Assembly (NCBI GenBank): GCA_048772705.1
Contig: JBLWGC010000230.1
Location: 558,001-622,000, forward strand
From: Leidyana gryllorum EB-2025a
Lineage: Eukaryota > Protista > Apicomplexa
DNA length: 64,000 nt
Direction of reading: 5' to 3'
Positions 38,007-48,496 of this stretch are shown here, piece by piece. Both the position numbers and the translations under genes were made by a program. Numbering within the stretch: position 1 is the first letter of the stretch; each line of letters begins with the position of its first letter. The notes beneath the pieces were generated by a model. It saw nothing but the letters and a program-made list of their open reading frames with translations, was not told the DNA's origin and searched no databases.

Positions 38007-40329
38007 CTAGGATCCACGCAGGATATCCAAAAAGGCGTGTTCTTGGGCTTGTCTGGCTTCAAGTGCCCCATTGAGGTTAGAGACCCACCGCCCGTGGGCC
38101 TGAGCGACAGCTTGACTGTCGGTCTCAGATCTCCCTTCTATTTGCCAATTCCCATCAAGCAGATCGATCAAAGCACTGTTCACAGGCAATCCTACATTAC
38201 CCAATACTCCACCACCAGTCAGCATCTGACTGTTGGGTCGCTCCTTTTGCTCCACCGGGCCGGCCAGAGCACAAAAGGGGCGTTTTCTGCTGCAGGCTTG
38301 GGAGCACTCTGTTTCTGCATCATCGGATTGGAAGGGTCCTTCACCATGGAGCCTTATGCCGGGCGCTGTCAGAAGGTTTCCGCCATTTTGCAGTCGAATT
38401 CTCTGTGGCCTCCACATGACTTTCTGATCAACGCAGCCAAGAAAGTCAGGTTCCACTGCGATCGCTGGAGGATACTCGAAGGTCACGGTGGAGTCCCCAG
38501 CACCGCACGCACAATGAGGTGTGGGCATTGTCAGGAAGGTGGCAGCAACACTGTGATCGGTCCAGCTCTTCTGTCCCTCAATTAATGTTGAAACATCCAA
38601 AAAGCTCAGATGACGCTTTTCACTCTTGACGATCTCATCTTCCATTTCCTCTTCTTCCACGGCTCCAAGTCGCTGCAAAACTTCCTCCGGGTCGATAGCC
38701 CGCAACTTCTGCCGCGGGACTGCATCCGTTCGGTATACTTCGCGCTTTGCTATTGCCGTTTGAACCTCCGACATGACATCCTCGCATTGGAGATACTTTA
38801 TATTCTGCAAACACACATTTCTCGCTGAGTCGCCGCCGAGTCTCACTCACCAATTCCGCCTTTCGAAGCAAAAGAATGCCCCATCGTTGTCGCAGCCCAA
38901 AGTCTCCGGACCCGCGCAGATTTCCATCCGTAAGATGGACACTGTCGACATATGGAGAGAACTCGTTCAAACAGAAATTGAAAGGGTTCCGCGCTTGTCC
39001 CTCGCCGCCCTCACTTTCCCACTCATCCATCCATTGAGCAGTGGGTCGGAAGCACACAGCGCGCGGCCATTTGTAATACAACACTTTTGTTGTTGGGTGT
39101 CTCTGGAAAGTGGTCAGTGGGGCCACCATCAAATAATAATACGACTCGTCCTCTATCCATTGTAGCCCGTATGGAATCTCCGCCACCCCATAATAGTCCA
39201 AGTAGGGTAACTGACAGAGTGGGATCATTGGGTGTTGTCGTGTGTCGAACAGCAAGATCGACTGAGTCACAGCCGACAAGGCTGCCAGCAAGGTGGGCGT
39301 CTGAGGATGCGTCACCAAGGCGCTGAACCCAAAGTCATCCATGTTGGATTCATCAGTGAAGAATCGAGTGGTGTATGCCGCTGCGCAGGTATCTGCGAGC
39401 GGCCAACGACAAACCAATGTGTCTTGGGTCACATTCCAGAGCCAAAGACGTCTTCCAGCGAGCCAATAATGCCCATTTATATTCGCGTGTGTAATGGCAG
39501 TGAACACCTCGTCCCGAGCACACGAGTCGCCCTCCATATACATATGTCGTGTGAGACCCTCAATCTTCGCTAATCTGTCATCTGGAGTGACCAGCGCTCT
39601 CGGGGTCGGAATCAGCGAGAACACTCTATCAGGGCCTCCGAGTCTGCGTTTCTTGGAGGTGTAGATGACGTCATCGAACACCAAAACCTGAGCTGGTTTG
39701 ACCGCCAGAATCACGAGTTGCCCAACGGTGAAGGGCGAGAGACTCATTGACAACCAGTGGCGTTCCAAAGGGTCCTCCCACTCGAGTGAATTTCGCACCT
39801 CGATATTCGTCGACGCTCCATCGACTCCGATTGGCCGGCCTGCCCCATACTCGACTATTTCAGGGTGAAAGGCGACGTAAACAGCCAAACTGTATCGCCC
39901 TCTGACAGCAAAGTATCCAAAGTCCGCGTTGGGATAGATGGACAGACTCGACTGGACCTCCAGAGCTGACATCCACCGAAATACCTCGGGTGTGTCACTA
40001 CAGCAAGGCTCAGGTTGTTGATCCACGGTGAACCGAATACTGTTGAGCAGCGATCCCTCAATGGAACAGCAAAGCCACAAGTCACTTTCTCCTCCACTAT
40101 AAGATTGGGAGGTTGAATCTGCTGCTTCTTCGGTGTCACTCGGAACCGAAATCATATATGGGAGCTGGAGGTAGGCCCTCAAGAACCTGTTGGAACTCGC
40201 ACCATAATTCTGGCAATAAGCACCAGGCCTCCGTACAGACGTTCGTTGGGCTTTATCCCGAGCGGGTTGCCAGAAATTAGCGTAGGCGAAGGCAGTTGGG
40301 GGTGTCAGTAAGCCTTGGAGCACTGTCAT
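38007..40329 (-). CDS. Beta-propeller protein, TAF1C/Rrn6-like (tentative)
   Basis: ORFs 38635-40368 and 38007-38846 are joined by a GTGAGT..TGCAG intron (KAEL|NIKY). Motifs FAVRGRYSLAVY, LSMSLSPFTVGQL and ILLFDTRQHPMIPL. Confidence 0.5.
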
Positions 40330-40364
40330 ACATGTTTTTTTTGGGATCAGGGGGGGAGCGAGGT

Positions 40365-41497
40365 TCAATCCACTCCTACTTCAATCACATAAGCTCTGTC
40401 GGACTCCTGTTCTTTGGTCATTGTGATACTCAATGTGGTGTCTATATCGCTCGAAGCCTCTAACGGTTCCGGGAAGAGAATAACTGTCTGCTGCCAGTGA
40501 GTTGAGGGAGCGTGTGGACTGGTGTCCAGTTCAATTCCGCCTGGGAATACAACTTTGAACCATAACGCTGCCCCTTCGATTGAGACCGGCCCCTTAATTG
40601 TAATTGGAGTCTGTTTGGTCAGAGCGCGGAGCTGATCCAGTGTGACAGAGGCCAGATTGAGGTCCGCAACTCGCATATGAGTGCAATGATCAATGGAGCT
40701 CGGCGTGATTGTCTCGATAATGGGAGATCCAATCACATCAGCTGCTTCAGAGAAGGCTTCAGCCAACGGGGCGACACAGATTCCATGAAAACGGTGTCGA
40801 TCGTTGAACCACCCGATGTGCTTGTAGTGCACTTCTCGGTCATGCACCAACGTACAGTCAATTGTGGCTTGACAGGGGAGTAAAAGGCCTCCGTGGGTCG
40901 CCACGTCAAAGTCAACAGGCAGATTGGGGCCATTAGTCCACACCGAACCCGTCGAACTGCCTTTTCTCAAAAAGTGGTCACGTGCGAAGATCACCGAATC
41001 CAACATGGACTCGTGTAAAAGATATTGCCCCATCCACTCAGAGACGATTGCATCAACTTTGGTGAACTCGCGTTCTGCAGTGGAAGATTTAAGTGACCAG
41101 AAACGTTTGTACTCACCCTCAACGTCAACAGAAGGCAACTCCTCCACCTGGCACTGCAGAACCACAATCCGTTCAGCCAATCCATTTGCTTCGGCAACGC
41201 GACGCGTGACCATCGCCATCACGGGGTTTGCTTCCACAGCAATGACTTTCGCGGCCTCAGTGTAGCGGGCGACCAGACAACTCAGTATTCCGCTTCCAGA
41301 CCCAACATCCATTACAATTTTGCCTCTGTAGCGCAGAAGCACTCCGTGTCAATATGTACAGCGCGCGCACACACTCACTTGAGGTAAGGAGCAACAGCTT
41401 TGATGGCAGCTGCGTAGTTGTCGACTCTGGGAGCGTCCATCAGCATCTGCTGGTGGACTTTGAGGCTCCCATAGCTGTTGAAGTACTCCCCAGACAT
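40365..41497 (-). CDS. Type I protein arginine methyltransferase (divergent PRMT1/6-like)
   Basis: YFNSY..VHQQMLMD, VMDVGSGSGILS, IVSEWMGQYLLHESML, THWQQT. Confidence 0.92.
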
Positions 41498-41565
41498 CTC
41501 TAGCCTTCAAGGATTTTTTTGGCCGGAAGCCATGTGCACGCACAAAGTAGCACTTGACAGAAGTA

Positions 41566-42276
41566 ATGAGAGATCTAGAAGATAAGATGAATTCGGTCGG
41601 CACCGCCGATTCGGACGAATCCATCGAGGGATCTTCACCTCCAGATGTCAATTTGAGCGACGAAGGGTACCATGAGGGAGAGGCGTTGGGATCGCCTGGT
41701 GTACTCGAAGAACCTTTAGTGCTGGAAGCGATTGGCACATATAATGGGGTGGGGAAGGCATCCGCCTTAGCGTGGTGGGAACGGCTGCGCAAGTTTGAAA
41801 TAGAACAAATCCACGAGAATCTAAGTGACCCAACTGTGCAGGAGCTATTAAAGGGTGATGCTTTGGTTTGGTTCAACGCCAATCGACCACGGTGGCGTGA
41901 CGAGTTTTTGACACATTTCACCTTTACCAAAGACAATGCCTGGTTCTGGCTCCACAACCCGGTCCAGGCCGAGGGAATGTCGGTAATTCAGTACTTGGAA
42001 GAGTGGAAGTGTGCAGCAAATCTATGGCCCGGCAGGACCGTGAAGAATGGCGTGAAGCGATGGGTACTGGGTGTGAAAGATCCAGGCGCACAAAGGATCA
42101 TGAAGGCTCACAAAAGCTCGGAGCCGGGATCACCAGAGGATTTGTTTACATGGATAGCGGAGTTAGCCGCTGTCAATGGGAGACATAGCAGTAAGGTGTT
42201 TAACAGACCCTTCAAACCGGCCAAAGTGCATCGGAAAGTGAAAGCGGCACATCAGAATAGCAATTTGGACGCATGA
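41566..42276 (+). CDS. Stand-alone Ty3/Gypsy-type retrotransposon Gag capsid-like protein (236 aa, intronless)
   Basis: Ordered Gag motifs YNG..ALAWWERL, LLKGDALVWF, WRDEFLTHF, QAEGMSVIQYLEEW (major-homology-region-like) and RWVLGV. No CCHC knuckle, protease, RT, integrase or LTR nearby. Confidence 0.72.
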   Translation: MRDLEDKMNSVGTADSDESIEGSSPPDVNLSDEGYHEGEALGSPGVLEEPLVLEAIGTYNGVGKASALAWWERLRKFEIEQIHENLSDPTVQELLKGDALVWFNANRPRWRDEFLTHFTFTKDNAWFWLHNPVQAEGMSVIQYLEEWKCAANLWPGRTVKNGVKRWVLGVKDPGAQRIMKAHKSSEPGSPEDLFTWIAELAAVNGRHSSKVFNRPFKPAKVHRKVKAAHQNSNLDA

Positions 42277-42354
42277 GGGGGTAGCACACGTGTGTTTGAC
42301 TTAAACTCGGCATGAAGTAGCCTAGAAAAAAATTGACTTTGTATAGTCCTTCCA

Positions 42355-42648
42355 ATGGGCAATGCTGCCTCCCAATTACAGGATGCTAATCAACAACGGA
42401 TGCAGACGATGATGATCGTGATGTTTTCACTGATCGGGGCAATAGTCGGGGCGGGGCTATTAATATTTCTGATAGTGACATGGTCAAGGGTTTCTCGAGA
42501 GCGGGCGGAAGCGGACAGGAAACTAGCTAGATCGCTGGCGCGAACACAAAATAGAGCGGATCTCTTGGAGGCAAGAATCTTGGCTCAAGCTGTCGCTAAA
42601 GAAGCTGAGCAGCAGCAGCATATCGCCCCGATGTACCACGTTGTATGA
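42355..42648 (+). CDS. 97 aa predicted N-myristoylated single-TM protein with basic/helical tail
   Basis: MGNAAS (MGxxxS), hydrophobic IVMFSLIGAIVGAGLLIFLIVTW, then SRVSRERAEADRK and a helical tail; A7 tract ~25 nt before the ATG. Confidence 0.7.
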   Translation: MGNAASQLQDANQQRMQTMMIVMFSLIGAIVGAGLLIFLIVTWSRVSRERAEADRKLARSLARTQNRADLLEARILAQAVAKEAEQQQHIAPMYHVV

Positions 42649-42675
42649 CAAACACTCACAAAAATCAATCGTTGT

Positions 42676-44111
42676 TTATGTTGCAACAACCAGGCTTGGC
42701 TGATTTTCGCTCTCGCTTGCCGCCAGTGTAGTAGTATCTGTAACTTCCTCTTGCGACTCTGGTAACGTAACAGGGGTTGTAGAGTGCCGACGATAATCGG
42801 GATCAAAAACGAATCCATGGGTATAGGCCACAATGTAAGGGTTGCCAGGATTAAGTTTGACAATTCGTTGGACGGGAAGCGTTGATGTGGTGGCTGTCGG
42901 TGTCAAGGCAAAGGAAGAGGGTGAAGTGGTGGCTCGGGTGGTGTCACCATCGTGGTTATCTTTTCCACCACCACTATTGGAGCTGAAGCCCCGTCCGAGC
43001 ATTTTGGAGAGTGATAGGCCTGCGCCACGGAGGAAGGATCCCACGCCACGGGGTTCGACAGCGGCGTTCCGTCGGCCACAGTCTCCGTCTGAGCTGCCTG
43101 GAGTATTGCTTCCTTCCTCCGAGTCAGTTTCCGCACTGTCGGCAGCCGCCATCTGCTGGACCTTTTCGCGCACCTCAGCTTCGGCCAATTTGTTCATTTC
43201 CACCGCATTCCAAACTGCAGCAGCGCAGTCGGTCGATAGGGGTTCGGGGGCACAATCGGTGTCCGGGGCCATGTGGGAGGTTATATGGCTGAGATCTTCT
43301 TCCTCTTCTTCGTTGAGAGCGACCTGCGCGATGCACGCGTCCTGTTCGAGTTCGTTTTCGAATAGACTTTCGAAGCGATATCGCAGATCTGCGCTTCGGC
43401 ATTTGAGCGTAAAGTTGGCGATCGCAGGTAAATGTAGCGCCAGGGCCATGTGCTGGGCCTTGAGGGCTGCAAGTCCCGGTAGCGGGACAAACTTTATAGA
43501 GCGGATGGCCACATTGCTGAAGGCCGTTGTCTGATAAAAGTTGTACAAAGCGTGTCGTTCGTGTAGAGAATCGCCGATACTGATGACCACCTTTGGCTCT
43601 CCGTGTTCCGCATTGGCAAAGTACTCGGTGAAGATCTGAGCAAAGGTCTGCTTCTTCCACTGCACCGGATCGCGACTGACTGCCTGCACTAAGTCCTTAG
43701 CCGACACGCGTCTGATGGGTTCCACGACGCCCCATAGGGTGGGCATATAGCGGAGACACGATGTTCTGATCCAATCGCTTGATCCGTTGGTGATCATCAC
43801 CACACGCCCACAGCGGGCTGCAACTTCGAGGGTTACCTTGGCCAAGTCCGCTAAAGCTTCGAACTGCACCCTGTTGATGAACAGTCCCTCAGTCAATAGC
43901 TCTCTCTCTGCTTTGCAATGCAACGATCTTACCCAATCTCCTCATCGAGTTCTGGTCCGTTCACTGCAGGCCATTGTACCCAAGTCCCTGTACCACTCCG
44001 TCCTACTACAGTCTTCGACCTTTCCCGTAAGATCGTAGTAGGCAGGATGGTGTCATCCCAGTCAAACACCACCAATGTATGTGCCGCCAACGCAGGCGGA
44101 GCCCACTCCAT
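42676..44111 (-). CDS. HAD-superfamily protein (DWDDT type), spliced
   Basis: Motif I VVFDWDDTILPT, motif II ITNG, WKK, motif IV SIGDSLHE, SIKF. Confidence 0.85.
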
Positions 44112-44143
44112 ACTACTCAAAAGTTACCCTTAAAAACCCAGAC
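44112..44143. promoter_or_regulatory. 32 nt divergent spacer (HAD / ZnT)
   Basis: Between ATG 44111 (-) and ATG 44144 (+); contains caaaag and taaaaac. Confidence 0.55.
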
Positions 44144-46076
44144 ATGGCTGCCGGAGACCTTGAGTCGCCCCTCAACCCCATTACTTCCCTACCCACCTCC
44201 ACCAAGCTCCATTCCAAGGCCAATGACACCACACGAAGGCTCACCATTGCCATCATTCTATGTGTAAGCGACCAAACCACCCGCTAACAGACACCACCAG
44301 TTCACATTTATGCTCGTTGAATTGGTTGCTGGCTACTTTAGCCACTCCTTGGCCATTCTAACGGATGCGGCCCATATGCTGTCTGACCTCTCAAGCTTTA
44401 CGGTATCCCTCGTCGCCATATACCTCTCGGCTCTCCCTGGCACACTCCACATGTCATTTGGCTATCACCGGGCTGAAATACTCGGAGCAATGGTATCTAT
44501 TCTAGTTATCTGGGGAATGACCATATGGCTGTTCGCTGAGGCCGTTCATCGCCTTGTCGAGCCACAACCAGTCAAACCTCGTATTATGGTCTACACTGTA
44601 AGCCGCCCACCCCCCACTTCAAATTACCAACTCGCGACATTATCCAACAGGCACTCTTTGGCATAGTTACTAACTTGATCCTCGCCACAGTGCTCTCCCA
44701 CGATCACCACCATCATCATGGCGGCCATCATCATCATCACCATCATCATGGCGATTCCCACTCTCACACCCATTCACACCCCCACCATCCTCACTCTCAC
44801 CCCAGCGCCGCACACCCTCCGCACTCGCACGCCCATAGTCACTGCTCCCACTCACGTGACGCTCCACCCTACGACGGATCGCAAGAAGTACTTGACCAGG
44901 CCGCCGCTCCGCCCTCAATGCGCGATCGCGAGGGAGGCGCACCTCTCCACGATTCCGCCAGCCCGTCAGAGTCCTCCGACGCCTCGGCTTTCACACCGCC
45001 CGCCGGCCACGCTGCGGAAAGCTACCGCGCGACTGCCTCCCTCATCAAAGATCTCACCCTTCTCTCCGCTGAGTCTGTGAAACGGACAGGTTGTATGCGC
45101 GTGTCCGAGAGCCGAGCTGATGTGTACGTGGAGGTGGCGGGAGAACCCGAGGGAGTTCAACTCTCAACAAGCGGCGCCGTTCCCATCGCAAACGAGACAA
45201 CCGGCCGCGATCAGCTCAAAACTAATATCAATTTGTCAGCAGCCTACATACACGCGTTGGGTGACTTGACTCAAAATGTTGGAGTCCTCCTGGCCGGTCT
45301 GCTGATTCTCTGGAAACCCCATTGGACAGCAGCAGATCCCATTTGTACACTCCTCTTCTCTGTAATCGTCTTCATGACCACCATAGGCATTCTCAAAGAT
45401 GTAAGAATAACAAGCATACCGTCCCCCACTCCTCTCCGCCTCAGGCAACCAATGTATTAATGGAAGGCACACCTTTGGGAGTCGATCCTGCAGCGATAAT
45501 CGCCGATCTCCTCAGTCTCGAATCAGTGATGTAAGCATACATACTCTAGTGCCATGTCTCCGTGTGTGTCTCCGTGTGTGTCTGCGCGTGCGTTTGTTTC
45601 GGTCCCTCAGCCCCTGCGCATGTGACTGCTTCTGCCCGTTGAATATGCAGTCATGACTTCATCGTCACGCTATTTGTGTGGTTGCTCAAATGTTGTTGCT
45701 CAAAATGGGGTCACGTATACGCGAAGTTGAGAGTGATTGATCTATGTGTGGGCTGTACTTTATACGAAAATTCTCGGACAGCCAAGTACACGATGTCCAT
45801 GTATGGTCACTGAGCCTGGGGAAGCCCGCTCTGGCGTGCCATATCGTCGTGGACGATCCACGCGAAGCGAAGCGGGTGCTCGACCAGGCAACGGCGTTGG
45901 TACAAAACAAGCACCGGATCCTCCACACCACCATCCAGGTAGGTTCTTGTGCACTATCCTCTCGCCCCTCCTTTGCAGTCCTCGTCGGTCCAAACGACCT
46001 ATCTCAGATCGACTTTTCGTCCAACAAGTCTGCCTGCGTGACTGATGCCCATGGCAAGTGCCAGCAAAGCGACTAG
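44144..46076 (+). CDS. CDF family zinc transporter (ZnT2-like) with His-rich loop, spliced
   Basis: SLAILTDAAHMLSD, SFGYHRAEILGA, poly-His loop, NLSAAYIHALGD, ADPICT, LMEGTP, HDVHVWSL, HTTIQ. Confidence 0.95.
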
Positions 46077-46085
46077 TCTGGACAA

Positions 46086-47572
46086 CTATAACACTTCCTG
46101 AGCCGAGAAACCCCACGTGGCCAAGGGGCTGTTGCGAAACGGGGACGCGCCGACGTTAGACGGAGAGCATACCTTCTCCTCGGCGACGCAGAAGCTTTTC
46201 GCAACAATCTCACAGCTATCAAACTCACTCACTCCACGCGAACACCACAGTCCGGTTGCTCACGCCGATTGTCTTTCCGTTCAGTGATTCTGCATCTGAT
46301 CGGAGCCGACACTGAAGCTTCCGTACTGCTTGAAGTCAAAATCTGCGCCAAGAAAAGACACAGGTTACTCAGTCCCATGAAGGTGTCGTTGTCCAAAGAA
46401 GGATTATCTGGAAGATACGTGGCGTTACCAAAATCAATAAGCTTCACTCCAACAGTCTGAGGACCAGGTGTGTGTGTGAGTGTAATGGGTAGGACAGTGA
46501 AGCAACGGGTGTACCTTTAGTCGCTCTTGGGCATTTGTTACACCTGCATCGTAGTACCACAGCACTGAGGATGACCAGAAGCGGTAATGTCTCAATCGCG
46601 ATATGACTGCGATTAGTTGATGTAGCGCACTGATCCGTATCAAAGCTCACCTTGAGCCAAAAGAGACATCTTGAGCAAAACCACCTTCATTACTTCCCAA
46701 TCAATGGCAATGCCATTGCTGAACCATTCTTTCAGACACAGAAGAACACCGTCTACGGGCGGAAGGTAGAGTCAGTTATCGACAGCAATACAGCCCACCC
46801 GACGAGAGAGTTCGACCTAGATACTTGTCCCGATGTATCATACTGCTTGACTTGGCATTGTACGACTGAAACGGAAGTGAGTTACGGCACGAAAAGCGGT
46901 GATAGAACACAGCGGGTGAAGCACAGATTATCAGCAAGCGCACACGCGTGTGTTCAGAATAGGAGGGTGAGTTGGGCCCAGCGAGACGGGCAAAAAGGGG
47001 CAGCGGAGAGGACGATTATCGTTCTGCTGCTGGTAAGGGCGTTGTGACATGACAGCCGCAGTACTACCGTAGCGTAGCCAACGACCCTACCTTCCCCTTC
47101 CCCCTCACGTCATACATAGGGGTTCACAAGTGCGTACCTGTGATCCGCACAGCCGGAAACCCAGGGTACTGGAGGTGGAGTTGATGGACTTTTCTAGCTG
47201 TCTTCGTAGCTTTTCGGGGGAGGTCTTGAGTGATCGTTGAACACGGCCCAACTTGACGTCAAGCATACAAGGTGTATGATAGCCGTGGACAAGATCCTGG
47301 AGGAGTATATATGGGGATTGTTGTAAGGTTATGCGGGCGTAGAACTTGGGAATGAAGCTTTTGAGTTGGGTGACTGGGAGGTCTGCCCCATCGGAGGCAG
47401 CAGGTCTGGTGGAGACCTTTGCGTAAAAGGAATGTTCATTCTCTGTGAGGGGTTTGCAGATTATGGGCAAGCCACTGAGTTTCAGTAGACGTGTGTGGCC
47501 TCCAACCTGGTGCAGGTAGGGTTCTGCTACGATAGTGTGCCTTAGGACATCTTCGGACTTGGTGCGGCGCAT
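46086..47572 (-). CDS. Inositol polyphosphate kinase (IP6K/IPMK family), spliced
   Basis: HQVGGH, PCMLDVKLG (PxxxDxKxG), SSTLGFRLCG, YRFWSSSVL, KLIDFG. Confidence 0.92.
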
Positions 47573-47604
47573 TGGCTTGGCATGGCAAATTTTGGAAGAA
47601 CACC
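47573..47604. promoter_or_regulatory. 32 nt divergent spacer (IPK / RNASEK-like)
   Basis: Between ATG 47572 (-) and ATG 47605 (+); central aaattttgg. Confidence 0.55.
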
Positions 47605-47997
47605 ATGTGCTCGAAAGTCTGCTGTGCCTGGTGCTGGATCATGTATTTCTTCTTCGCCCTGATATTTCTGGTAAGCAACGGCAGCTCAATGTGAGTCTCG
47701 TAGGGCGTATTAGGGGTGATGTGTGCTCAAGACTCCTACTTGACCATGATGCCGGCCAAAGTGCGCACAGACAGCACTGTGCCGATATTCGTGGCCCTCG
47801 CGGTAAGCTCAGCCAAGGACTATTGCGACAACAAACAGATTTACTTGGTCGGGGCCGGTGTATCGGTGGCGTATTTGGCAGTTTTGGCACGTACAGTCAA
47901 GAAAACACCGGCTACTGGTCGCATGGCCGCAGAGCCCGAGCCGGTGCAAGCACTCCGCAGCGCGCAAGGTTTGGGAAGCGTTGAAGCGACGCAATGA
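47605..47997 (+). CDS. RNASEK / V-ATPase subunit f-like two-TM protein (3 exons)
   Basis: Spliced product MCSKVCCAWCWIMYFFFALIFL|GVLG...IFVALA|IYLVGAGVS; two GTAAGC..AG introns of 33 and 36 nt. Confidence 0.6.
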
Positions 47998-48029
47998 CGA
48001 ATCCAGGCCGCAACTAGCATGCGGCAAAG

Positions 48030-48371
48030 CTACCGCACATGCTTTCGTGTACATCTCCTGAGGGCACAGGGCAGACACAGTACCCAGAATGAGATTCGAA
48101 GCAACAGGTCAATTGCCCCGACGATGCTCAGGAAGATTAATCCTGTAATCAGTCCCCCTTTCAGTGCGCCTTGGCTCTTAATCCAATCTATGCATTGTGA
48201 GCCAAAGGCCTTTGTCTTGGCAAGATCGTCCTTCCATCCCTCTCGTTGATCGACGGCAGATCCCCCAGATGGCGACTGCCCTGATGACTCTTGCACCCCC
48301 TGATCTCCCCGGACGCTCGGTCTTGCGCCCCCTAGAACGCAAAGAACTAACAACACTAGCGCCAAACGCAT
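48030..48371 (-). CDS. Small signal-peptide plus TM protein (113 aa)
   Basis: MRLALVLLVLCVLGG signal, hydrophobic GLITGLIFLSIVGAIDLLL segment, Cys/Arg-rich tail. Confidence 0.6.
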   Translation of the reverse strand: MRLALVLLVLCVLGGARPSVRGDQGVQESSGQSPSGGSAVDQREGWKDDLAKTKAFGSQCIDWIKSQGALKGGLITGLIFLSIVGAIDLLLRISFWVLCLPCALRRCTRKHVR

Positions 48372-48496
48372 GTCCTGGACCTTACTCGCTTCAAAGCACG
48401 CGCGCGCACACACACCCACACGCACGCAAGTCAGAAGTGTGTGTGTGTCCAAGCACGAACGAGCCATTGCGAGTGGGAGTTTAGATGGGCATTGCC

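Noticed and set aside
40365-40368. Bacterial-style stop/start overlap between PRMT and the next ORF
   Set aside because: The ORF-track start is TTG; the first in-frame ATG is 40329.
41498-42675. Complete LTR retrotransposon around the gag ORF
   Set aside because: No direct terminal repeats, PBS/PPT pair, target-site duplication or pol motifs seen; host genes abut both sides.
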